Below, piece after piece: positions 47,835 through 56,506 of a stretch of DNA of 64,000 bases. The DNA is from a virus (taxonomy: Duplodnaviria > Caudoviricetes), in IMG/VR virus record IMGVR_UViG_3300025267_002170, one strand, 5' to 3'. The notes under the pieces were generated by a model that was not told the DNA's origin, searched no databases, and saw only the letters and a program-made list of their open reading frames with translations. The translations under genes and the position numbers were made by a program. The stretch's first letter is position 1. The number at the start of each line of letters is the position of its first letter.

Positions 47835-48284
47835 ATGACCGACAGGGATATGCGTATCTGTGACAACAAGGGGTTCCAACTGGACTTGCCTAACGGCGTG
47901 ACGGTTTCCGTCCAGTTTGGTCCGGGCAACTACTGCGACAGCGACGTGTCGAATGCCGCCTTCGACGCCCCGAAAAAGGCGATTGACGGCGACGACCATT
48001 GGGGTTCCAACACCGCCGAGTGTGCTGCCTACATTACTGGTAGTAACCTGTCGTGGGTTGCCGTGCCGGGATTCACCGGACCTATCGGTGAGGATGACAG
48101 CGACACGTTCTACGATGACGTTTGTGGACACCTCAATGTTTCGCAGGTGCTTGACTTCATCAATGTGGCCTCGCAACTGGACGCTACCAAAAACCCAAAC
48201 AGCCTCGGCAACAAGATGATGAACCATCTGTCCAAGCAAGACCCGTTTTCTGACGAGTTTACCTCTAACTACAGGAACAACTAG
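47835..48284 (+). CDS. Hypothetical phage protein
   Basis: NKGFQL...NG.TVSVQFGPGNYC motif; AAGGGG RBS. Confidence 0.75.
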   Translation: MTDRDMRICDNKGFQLDLPNGVTVSVQFGPGNYCDSDVSNAAFDAPKKAIDGDDHWGSNTAECAAYITGSNLSWVAVPGFTGPIGEDDSDTFYDDVCGHLNVSQVLDFINVASQLDATKNPNSLGNKMMNHLSKQDPFSDEFTSNYRNN

Positions 48285-48444
48285 ATGAAGATTCTGCGTA
48301 AAGGCGACAAGTTCAAGAAGGTTGCCGATTCCACTCACGCCGACAATCAGGCTTTGAAGACTCTGCTGGGCGAGGGGTGGAACTACTGTGACCGCTCAAC
48401 GTGGAAACGGGAATGTCGTGACAAGGGAAAGAAGGTGGAAACCG

Positions 48445-48732
48445 ATGGCAAGGCGTAGAATCATTAAACGCAAAGGCGTGGACAAGTTCTCTGGAAGAAA
48501 GATAAAGCCAAAAAACGTCATTGCTGTGGGGTTTGAGATTGTCCACAAAATTACCGATAAGAGGTGGTTGACAATTTCAAACGTAAGACCACAAAACCTG
48601 CTCGACCTTATCTCCCAATATAACCGGGGACGGCATGGTTGGGGACAGGTGCGAGTTAAAGTAAAAGCGTACAAGGAAGGCTGTAAAGTAAAACGGAGCA
48701 AAACAGGTGAGGTACACGGCATTGTTAAATGA
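48445..48732 (+). CDS. Basic hypothetical protein
   Basis: Follows 57-aa ORF 48285-48458 in the same unit. Confidence 0.6.
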   Translation: MARRRIIKRKGVDKFSGRKIKPKNVIAVGFEIVHKITDKRWLTISNVRPQNLLDLISQYNRGRHGWGQVRVKVKAYKEGCKVKRSKTGEVHGIVK

Positions 48733-48965
48733 TAGAGTAGCGTTGTGGAGTTGGCTTGTGTTTGCTTTCCTTTGTATTGTGTTGACCTAAGTTGTTCTAT
48801 GACAAGGGGTTATGGCAACGCCCTAGCGCGCCGACGTAACTCCTTACTATATAACGACTTACGACTATTTTGCTAAAATCTACGAAATAGGTGCAGCGTG
48901 GGATTGACCTATGACGATATACCCTTATAATGGGGGATAACAAGGGCAAACGAAGGGGATAGACA

Positions 48966-49175
48966 ATGGCTATCAGAACTCATCACGGCGAGTTGGTTTG
49001 GAATCAGGACGGGGTCGAGATTGTTTGGGTTCCCCGGTACAGTGTGTACGAAGTGTGGGCGCCAATTGCGGATGGCCCGGATGATTTCCTGATGGACATG
49101 ATTGCCGACTGTGCGGATGAGGCGGATGCAATTTTCTACGCAGAACTGTTTATTGGTGAAGGGGCAATTGACTGA
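48966..49175 (+). CDS. Acidic hypothetical protein
   Basis: Promoter TTGACC-16-TATAAT; AAGGGG RBS. Confidence 0.7.
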   Translation: MAIRTHHGELVWNQDGVEIVWVPRYSVYEVWAPIADGPDDFLMDMIADCADEADAIFYAELFIGEGAID

Positions 49176-49438
49176 TGAAATTGACTGACAATACCTTGCG
49201 AGCAACCTGTCGTATCTGTGGAGATACACACGTCCTGAAAGTGAACGACGACGACGTGTTTCGTTGGCAAACCGGGACACTGATTCAGGATGCTATGCCG
49301 TACCTGTCTACGGATGAGCGGGAAATTCTCATCAGCGGAACGTGCGGGAAATGTTTTGACAAGATGTTCGGGGAAGACCCCGTAGGCGATGCGGAGACGG
49401 ATTACAACATCGAATTCGTGGAAGGGGAAAAAGAATAA
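49175..49438 (+). CDS. Zn-finger-like hypothetical protein
   Basis: CRIC...IQDAMPYLS.DEREILISGTCGKC. Confidence 0.75.
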   Translation: MKLTDNTLRATCRICGDTHVLKVNDDDVFRWQTGTLIQDAMPYLSTDEREILISGTCGKCFDKMFGEDPVGDAETDYNIEFVEGEKE

Positions 49439-49629
49439 TGCAAAACCTACATAGAGCTATCGTGAGCATGCCAAGCGACAGGAACGCGAGACCTATTGAC
49501 AACTTCGAGCATCTGACGATTTCATACGGGCGTCATTCGTGGGCGGTAAAAGTGCCGAAGGGCGAATTCGCACAGGCTCATCTTGAGGTGACCCGGAAGG
49601 CCGAACACGATGGGATGGAAGACGACTAA
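49438..49629 (+). CDS. Hypothetical protein
   Basis: Coupled to upstream ORF; stop codon lies inside the repeat at 49625. Confidence 0.6.
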   Translation: MQNLHRAIVSMPSDRNARPIDNFEHLTISYGRHSWAVKVPKGEFAQAHLEVTRKAEHDGMEDD

Positions 49630-49798
49630 CTCCTTATGCGACAAGGGGTTAGGGCGGCGCCCTACTGCGGCGACGTAACCTCTTGCCACACAACGACTTA
49701 CGACAATCTGATGAAAACAGTAGAGGGCGGGGTTGACAATGACGATATATACTATAGAATGGGGGAGTTGAAACAAACCACTTTTGAAAGAGGGCGAC

Positions 49799-49966
49799 AT
49801 GGAAAAGCACGAGTTGAAGTTCGAGCAGGAGAAGGAAACCAAGAACACCGTCCGGTTTCAGGAAGTAGTCGAGGACGGTAGTCAGGCTGTGATTGGACCT
49901 CTGTATGTCCAGAAGCACGCCCTCGGCAGCACTCCCCCGAAAACCATCACGGTGAGCATCGGTTGA
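49799..49966 (+). CDS. Small hypothetical protein
   Basis: KETKNTVRFQE...LYVQK; promoter TTGACA-16-TAGAAT. Confidence 0.7.
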   Translation: MEKHELKFEQEKETKNTVRFQEVVEDGSQAVIGPLYVQKHALGSTPPKTITVSIG

Positions 49967-50027
49967 AAAATCCGAAAAAAAATCCAGTGAAACCTTGACC
50001 CCCGGCGATTCGGGAGTATAATGAGGA

Positions 50028-50580
50028 CATGAGAGACAAGGAACAAGAAATTGTAACTCGTCTCTCAAAGAGAAGGGTGGACGGCTCTAAGTGGTCGTTC
50101 CCACAAAGAGTATCCTTCTCGCAAAAGACGGTTGTCCAGTTAAAGCCTTCTTCGCACAACCAGAGATAACTTCGGTTATCAATGAACGTGACAGGATTGG
50201 TAAGACAGTTTAGGATTTACGGGGTAAGGCTTACCCCGCGACCGTTTTTCACTTTCTTTGACAACACGAAACAAACACTGACAGGGTAGCTCCCTGTTGG
50301 TAGGACGGTGGCCGAACACCAAAGCTAGGCAGAGGTGGTAAGGCACACATCTAACAGAGTATGTCCAAATGGATGAGGCTGTTAGAAGTGGTACAAAGTA
50401 GGGAAGCCCTTCACAGGGTGGACATATCTGTCCCCGAAAAGTTGTGGGTAATACATAAGTCCCACCCGTCCATATACAAAGCAAGTGGGTTTGGAGTTGC
50501 CCTTTCCTCAACCTCTTGCCTCAAAACCTCACTAAGTAGTATGATGCTAACGCATGGAAGCACTTAGTGGGGTTTTTTCG
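50028..50580 (+). ncRNA. Candidate structured ncRNA(s)
   Basis: Promoter 49995-50022, cUUCGg hairpin, several perfect stems, boxA-like TTCTTTGACAA, terminator. Confidence 0.55.
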
Positions 50581-50919
50581 TTGGACATAACTCCTTGTTT
50601 AGCAAGGGGTTATGACCGCGCGGTAGTGCGGCGACGTAACCTCTTGCCACACAACGACTTACGTAAAATGCCAAATGTAGCTAATGCTGCACTAGACATT
50701 TTGCCGATATAGAGTATAATGATAGGCATGACTTTGAAGGGGCGGCGAGCTTTGAGAGACGTTCTACCCCGCTCGCTCTCGGCTCGTCGCCCCTGTGTCT
50801 CACCTGTTCCAGTCGGCTGAAGGTCTGGGATGGTCTGTAGTCAGCGAAAACGTTAAAGTTAGGGGTTGACAAGGGCCGATAATACCTTATAATGGGGTAG
50901 ATTGAAAAGGGAAATTGAT

Positions 50920-52106
50920 ATGCTGCCGACTGTTGAAGAAAAGACCATCATCGCCACGCTTGGAAGGGCACAGGCTCGTCATAAGATTGATGAGTACACC
51001 CACGCGATGATGACGAAGATGCACAAGGAAAACCGGCCCCTGCTGGAAGCGTTGTGTCTCATTCTTAACGAGTTCAAGTTGGACGAGCGTTCCACCTGTC
51101 ATGCCATGACCATGATGAGCCTGATGTACGACTGCCTGAATACACAGGGTGAGACTAACGAATTGCACGAGATGTTCGGAGAAGAGGGCGAGACCGATGA
51201 CGCTTAACGAATTGTGGCAAACTGCCGTGGAACACTTCCCGGCATGTCATATCACAGAAGATATTGAGGGGGAAATCGTGATTAGTACGGGCTTGATGTG
51301 GGAAGCCCCGCCGGGGTATGCCGGAGTCGGACCACAGAATGTTCCGCTTCACGCAAGGGGAAATGTTGAACTTAGGGAAATGAACGAAGGGGATTTACCA
51401 GATGTTGAGAACTGAAGACGTTGCACGGGTTGCTAGTGACATGGGGCTGGTGCTTGACAAGAGAGTGACCATTCAGGACGGCATTACCTATCGGTATACG
51501 CTGTATGACAATAACGAGTTTGTAGAGGACTTTTTCGAGACGTTGGCACAGGCGTGGAGTTACATCTACTATTACGATGAGGAACGGGAATATGAGAATC
51601 TCAGGCCCAACATTGAATCAGCTTAGACCACTTTTGACTAAGGCGTTGCAAACTGGTGCGGAAGTTTCCTTTATGTACCACGACAAGCGACGTAGCGGCC
51701 CACTGAAGGATTTTGGTTGGGGTCCGCAAGGCCCGTTTATCACAATTCAGGATTCCAAGTATGTGAATTGTCCCGAGGGAGATATTCCCCATACCGAAAT
51801 CAAGAGCTTCTCACTTGTCAAGATGAGCGAGTTGCGAGTTGAGCAGTTTGTGGGGACTGAATAATGGATAATGTACGTATCCAGAACAAAGACATATATA
51901 TACAGGGCGGTACTAAGGGAACCAACAAGGATGCGAGGGGTTCTGCTGACGATGTTCTATCAAAAGAAAGAGCGCCCAATGTAGAACTTTACGCGGAAAG
52001 ATGGGAGCAGGGACTAAATATTTGGACGGGTGAACCAATGACAGACATAGCGTTGACAGATTGGAAAAACCAACAGAAGCGACAGCGACGTAAACGCTTG
52101 TCCTGA
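50920..52106 (+). CDS. Operon of five small hypothetical proteins (50920-51207, 51197-51415, 51402-51626, ~51592-51864, 51864-52106)
   Basis: Overlapping start/stop codons after TTGACA-16-TATAAT at 50866. The fourth ORF has an SH3/WYL-like pattern (VSFMY...R...IKSFSL.KM). Confidence 0.65.
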
Positions 52107-52268
52107 CAGAGGTTAGGGCGGCGGCCTACTGCGGCGACGTAACCTCTTGTTATATAAGGAGTTATGGCTACTTGGTCATAATTCCTTTTTTTGTGAAGTA
52201 CGTCGGTTGACATTGCCGATATATACAGTAGAATGGGAAGCGTAACACAGAAAAGAAGGGGTAACAGA

Positions 52269-53051
52269 ATGTTGAAGTGGTCGAAAGCAAACGCGAAAAC
52301 GGAACGGCTCAACGAGAGTTGCTGGGCAATCGCCAAGTATCTTGACGACGGGCGGAAGGTTTACAGCCTCGACCTGCTGTCGGGCTATTCGTGCCCGTTT
52401 GCGGAAGCGTGTCTCTCGAAAGCGGTTGTCGGTGACGACGGCAAGCGGACAATTAAAGACGGTCCCAAGAATGAGTTCCGTTGTTTCTCCGCATCGCAAG
52501 AGGTGCAGTACACCAACGTATACAATCTCCGCAAACACAATTACGACACCCTGAAGGAAAACCAAGACGACTGGCCGTTGATGTATCTGGAATTGTGGAA
52601 GTCGATGCCCGAGAATGCCGGGATTGTTCGGATTCACGTCGCCGGGGATTTCTTCAACGAAAACTATCTCAAGGCGTGGATTCACCTCGCGAATAATCGA
52701 CCGGACGTTCTGTTCTACGCCTACACCAAAAGCCTGAAATATTGGGATGCTCTGAGAAGTGAGATTCCCGAGAATCTGGTGCTGACGGCGTCATATGGTG
52801 GGCGGGATGACTGGATGATTGAGCATTTTGATTTCCGGTTCGCTCAAGTGGTGTTCTCCGAAGCGGAAGCGGTGGACCTCGGATTGTTCATCGACCACGA
52901 CGATTCCCATGCGGCGAATCCGACGTGGCGGGACGAGAGTTTCGCACTGTTGATTCACGGGACACAACCAAAGGGAACGGAAGCGGCGACGGCGTTGAAG
53001 GCTCTCAAGGGCAAGGGGAGTTATTCTAGAAAGCAAGGGGCGACGGTATGA
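52269..53051 (+). CDS. Gp88-like phage protein (Cys motif, radical-SAM-like)
   Basis: SCPFA..C...C, VRIHVAGDF, FYAYTKS, P.NLVL..S. Confidence 0.7.
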   Translation: MLKWSKANAKTERLNESCWAIAKYLDDGRKVYSLDLLSGYSCPFAEACLSKAVVGDDGKRTIKDGPKNEFRCFSASQEVQYTNVYNLRKHNYDTLKENQDDWPLMYLELWKSMPENAGIVRIHVAGDFFNENYLKAWIHLANNRPDVLFYAYTKSLKYWDALRSEIPENLVLTASYGGRDDWMIEHFDFRFAQVVFSEAEAVDLGLFIDHDDSHAANPTWRDESFALLIHGTQPKGTEAATALKALKGKGSYSRKQGATV

Positions 53052-53467
53052 CCTGTATCAACTATGATAAGCGGCTCTATGTCTACTGGAATCTCCACAA
53101 ACAAACGTGGAGTGTGAGACAGAGCGGCAAGGTGTTGTGCCACACCGACTATATCCACCTGAAGGATTGTCGGTTTCTGGTAGGCAAGGCTGGACAGGCA
53201 CGGGTGCGGCGTGAGGGCAAGAAGAACGTCCACGCTGGCGTATCGGGCTACCTTGCAATGAATGCAGAGGTTCCCACCTTCAAAGCCGACCGCGATTGTT
53301 TTGTGATGTATAACCCGTACAAGCATAATACGTTCATTCAACGTACTGGCGTGTGTGATGACCAGTATCCTATCCCGGTGACGGAATCGGAATGGGCTAA
53401 GATGTATGTTCTGGAAGGTAAGCCCACGGTGCGAGCCATAAACCACAATATAACGCAACCCGTGTAA
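53048..53467 (+). CDS. Conserved phage hypothetical protein
   Basis: VYWNLHK..WSVR..G.V...RV..E.KKNVHA.V.G...YNPYK. Confidence 0.75.
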   Translation: MTCINYDKRLYVYWNLHKQTWSVRQSGKVLCHTDYIHLKDCRFLVGKAGQARVRREGKKNVHAGVSGYLAMNAEVPTFKADRDCFVMYNPYKHNTFIQRTGVCDDQYPIPVTESEWAKMYVLEGKPTVRAINHNITQPV

Positions 53468-53768
53468 TAGCAAGGACTTAGGGCCGCGCCCTAGGGCGGC
53501 GACGTAACCTCTTGTCATATAACGAGTTACGTCGATTAGGGTAAATTAGGCCCAGGTTTCACCTTATCCAGCCGGGTCGGTGGACATGGTGGTAGTCAGC
53601 ATAGTCAGCATAGTCAGGTAGTCGGGCGAATCTGGAATTCTCAAAAAACCTTGCAGAAATGACCTTGACCCTGCCGATAACACTTGTATAATGGGAGCAT
53701 AAGCAGTTGAGGAATAAGCGGGCGAGTGACCCGCAAACATTTTGGCCCCTAACGGGAGAGTTGAGACC

Positions 53769-54125
53769 ATGGCAGATGCGAAGAAGAGTGGCGAGAAGCG
53801 TGTTCGGGTTGCGGACGAGAACTTTGTGGTTGAGTGGGTGCGAGTTGCCGCCCTCATGGACAACGATGGGAAGCGAATCGGAACGCATCAGATGATTGCC
53901 GAATCGCTTGGCCTGCAAGAGACCAGCGTCATCCAGCGGCAGTACGCTGTCAACCGCAAGCTGACCAGCGGCGGGTTTGAGAAGTTGCCGAAGTTGCCGA
54001 CCGAAGGACGGCAGAGCGTCAACATCGCGGAACTCGCCAAGCTCGCTGGACTGAAAGCACTGGCAAAGGCCGACGAGGCCGACGCCAAGGCCGAGGCCGA
54101 CGCCGAGGCCGAAGCCCAGTCGTAG
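53769..54125 (+). CDS. Putative HTH DNA-binding protein
   Basis: HQMIAESLGLQETSVIQR; own promoter and terminator. Confidence 0.55.
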   Translation: MADAKKSGEKRVRVADENFVVEWVRVAALMDNDGKRIGTHQMIAESLGLQETSVIQRQYAVNRKLTSGGFEKLPKLPTEGRQSVNIAELAKLAGLKALAKADEADAKAEADAEAEAQS

Positions 54126-54146
54126 CGAGCGAAACGCTCCTACTGT

Positions 54147-54194
54147 CGGGGCGGTAGCAGGTTTCTCACGGCCTGTTACCGCCCCGATTTTTTT
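54147..54194 (+). terminator. Intrinsic terminator
   Basis: tcggggcggtagcagg...cctgttaccgccccga followed by T7. Confidence 0.8.
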
Positions 54195-54398
54195 GTCTTC
54201 CAAGCGATTGACGTAAGTCCTTGCGTGGCAAGGGGTTGCGTCCGCGCGGTAGGGCGCCGTCCTAACCCCTTATCTGACAACGGTTTACGTCTATTCTGAT
54301 AAACTTGGCGTTTCCTGTGAAGTGGGCGGTTGACTTTGGACGATATATAGAGTACACTGGGTGAGTTGACACACTTCTTTTTTTGAAAGGGTCAGAAC

Positions 54399-55622
54399 AT
54401 GACCGACTACACGACGCTGCGACCGACCGACGACACCAAGGACGAGGGGGCATTCGTGCAGACGCTGCAAGGGCAGACCGGCGCGGGATTCCAGAAAAAT
54501 ACGCACGTCCACAAAGACTGGTGGGCACAGACGGAATCGTTCGAGGATGGACTCGAAGCGTTGGAGCAGGGCATTGCAGAACGCGAGGACGTTATGGTTC
54601 CCCGTTCGCAGATTACTCCCGCCGTCAATCTGGCTGGTGAGTTCGTCATGCAGTTGGCAGACGGGCGTGAGTTCAAGCCAACGCAACACGCCGTGAACCA
54701 GTTTGGGGTGGCTACTTTCACAAGTACGTTCTTCCTCAACTCGCTGATGACCAACCCCGAGAAGAACAACGGGCAGGAGCGATTCCAGCGGGACGAACAG
54801 GATGCCGACACGCTGGTCGCCGTTTGCGAGAATGCGTTGCGGCGGGTGGATGCGGACAAGAATTTCCGTCTCCGCACTTATCAGGACGGAACGCTCCGTG
54901 CCTTCCTCACTGAGAAGTACGCTCCGATTGACAACCGCTGGTATCTTGAGCAGTTGAGCAACATCCTTCCGGGCGGTCGGCTTTCCCACTGGCGTGGTGA
55001 TGCTGACACCATTTTTGGCAACGTGCTTCTGCCTGATACGATTATCGACTACGGGCAGGATGACGACACCGATTACGGCGGGATGCTTTCAATCGGCAAT
55101 TGCGAAATCGGAACGCGGCGTGTCTCTCAGATGCCCAGCATCTTTCGGGCTATCTGCCTCAACGGTTGCATCTGGGGACAGACCAAAGGGAAATCTATCT
55201 CCAAGGTTCACCGTGGCACGATTGACCTTGACGGGCTGGCTTCCGATATCAGGAAGAATATCGAAGCTCAATTGCCGCTGCTGCCGGATGGCATCGAACG
55301 GTTCCTCGGCATCAAGGTTCATACCTGCGATGAGGTTTCCATGAAGAATCTCATCGGCGCGGTTTGCACCGACAGGAAGCTCCGCAAAAAGGAATCGACT
55401 GAGGTTCTGACTCAGTGGGTTCAGCATGAGCGGACTGACCGTAACCTGTTTGGAATCGTGAACGCGGTTACCCGCGCGGGTCAAACTCTGGACAACACCA
55501 GTTGGGTCAAGTTCGACGAGATTGGTGGCGACCTGATTGGAATGACCGAGAACCGTTGGGACGCTCTCAAGAAGCGTGCCGATACTTACACTGAGAAGGA
55601 AATCGAAGCGGTTTTCGTCTAA
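54399..55622 (+). CDS. DUF932-like phage protein
   Basis: RAFLTEKY..IDN, ISxGNCEIG-like motif, FRAICLNG...H.G, LFGIVNAVT. Confidence 0.65.
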   Translation: MTDYTTLRPTDDTKDEGAFVQTLQGQTGAGFQKNTHVHKDWWAQTESFEDGLEALEQGIAEREDVMVPRSQITPAVNLAGEFVMQLADGREFKPTQHAVNQFGVATFTSTFFLNSLMTNPEKNNGQERFQRDEQDADTLVAVCENALRRVDADKNFRLRTYQDGTLRAFLTEKYAPIDNRWYLEQLSNILPGGRLSHWRGDADTIFGNVLLPDTIIDYGQDDDTDYGGMLSIGNCEIGTRRVSQMPSIFRAICLNGCIWGQTKGKSISKVHRGTIDLDGLASDIRKNIEAQLPLLPDGIERFLGIKVHTCDEVSMKNLIGAVCTDRKLRKKESTEVLTQWVQHERTDRNLFGIVNAVTRAGQTLDNTSWVKFDEIGGDLIGMTENRWDALKKRADTYTEKEIEAVFV

Positions 55623-55716
55623 ACGTGGACGGCACAGCATCGGAGGCTTTCGCCTTAGTATTGTGTGCGTGCTTTGTCATTAGTGGCTTAGTCGTACTTC
55701 TCAAAGACTGACCCCA

Positions 55717-55748
55717 ACCCCCCCGCAACGTGCGGGGGTTTTTCTTTT
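55717..55748 (+). terminator. Intrinsic terminator
   Basis: acccccccgca-acg-tgcgggggt followed by a T-run. Confidence 0.75.
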
Positions 55749-56099
55749 GGTATGTATAAGAGTTGACGTAAGTCCTTATCTGACAAGAGGTTACGTCCGC
55801 GCGCTACCGCGCCGACCTAACCCCTTTGACACCAACGACTTACGTCGATTCGCCGGAAAGCAAGCATCTTCCAGTAGCGAACTGTACTAACGCCCTATAC
55901 TAACGTAGTCTGGTCAGATTCGAGGCCGAGCAAGTAGTGTCTTTGCTAAGCAAACCAGATACGGTTAATTTAAGGTAGTCAGCACTTTCGCGTATCCGAG
56001 TGTATATTAGTGCATAGTCGGGGTATTTCCTAAGCCATCCAGATTGGTCTAATGTTGGGTAGTCAGCACTTTTACGGTAGTCAGTTATACTAACCTAAG

Positions 56100-56309
56100 T
56101 CACAGGACTTCTGGGGTCAGTATAGGACTGCATGGAGACCCGGCTACCTCCAGAGACAAGGCCCAGTTGACCTCTTTGCCACAAGCCTCAGTAAACCTCT
56201 TAGCGCGCTTATCAGCCTCTATATCAACGTCAGAAGTAGTAGTCGCACAGTATCGCCCGCCATTACGAACATCGCCCTCACTGTCTACGAGGATAATTTG
56301 GTAAAGCAT
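56100..56309 (-). CDS. Hypothetical protein oriented opposite to its neighbours
   Basis: AAGGGA RBS; minus-strand TTGACC...TATAAT at ~56377-56403. Confidence 0.55.
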   Translation of the reverse strand: MLYQIILVDSEGDVRNGGRYCATTTSDVDIEADKRAKRFTEACGKEVNWALSLEVAGSPCSPILTPEVL

Positions 56310-56506
56310 TATGTCCCTTCTTATTTAACCAGATTGTTCCAATGTAAGTCAGTCAGCAACTTTGGCCCGTGTATCATTATAGTCGGGACTATCCCCCGGT
56401 CAAGGGAATCTGGAAAATCTTGGGAAAAAGCGGAAACGGGGTATAGACTTATATGCCAATTGCCGATACAATAGGGTAGACAACGACTTAAAATAAAGGG
56501 GATGAA

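Larger units (their letters stand above)
39054..55844 (+). repeat. Dispersed family of 26 co-oriented 78-bp bipartite pseudo-palindromes delimiting promoter-gene cassettes
   Basis: Starts at 39054, 39451, 39709, 39911, 40328, 40739, 40941, 41358, 41769, 41971, 42253, 42901, 43349, 43794, 44057, 44662, 45155, 46354, 47119, 48786, 49625, 50586, 52089, 53454, 54212, 55767. Consensus CGTAACTCCTT-N7-AAGGGGTTASG-N20-CGTAACYCCTT-N7-AACGACTTACG. Confidence 0.95.

Noticed and set aside
39874-55640. Minus-strand and repeat-spanning ORFs in the array
   Set aside because: They read through the repeat elements or shadow plus-strand genes; promoters and RBSs point to the plus strand.
39054-55844. CRISPR array
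   Set aside because: Inter-repeat segments are 0.1-1.6 kb, contain promoters and ORFs, repeats are degenerate, and no cas genes are seen.
39054-55844. Canonical integron
   Set aside because: No intI or attI in the window, cassettes carry their own promoters, and the element does not end in GTTRRRY. Kept only as an analogy.
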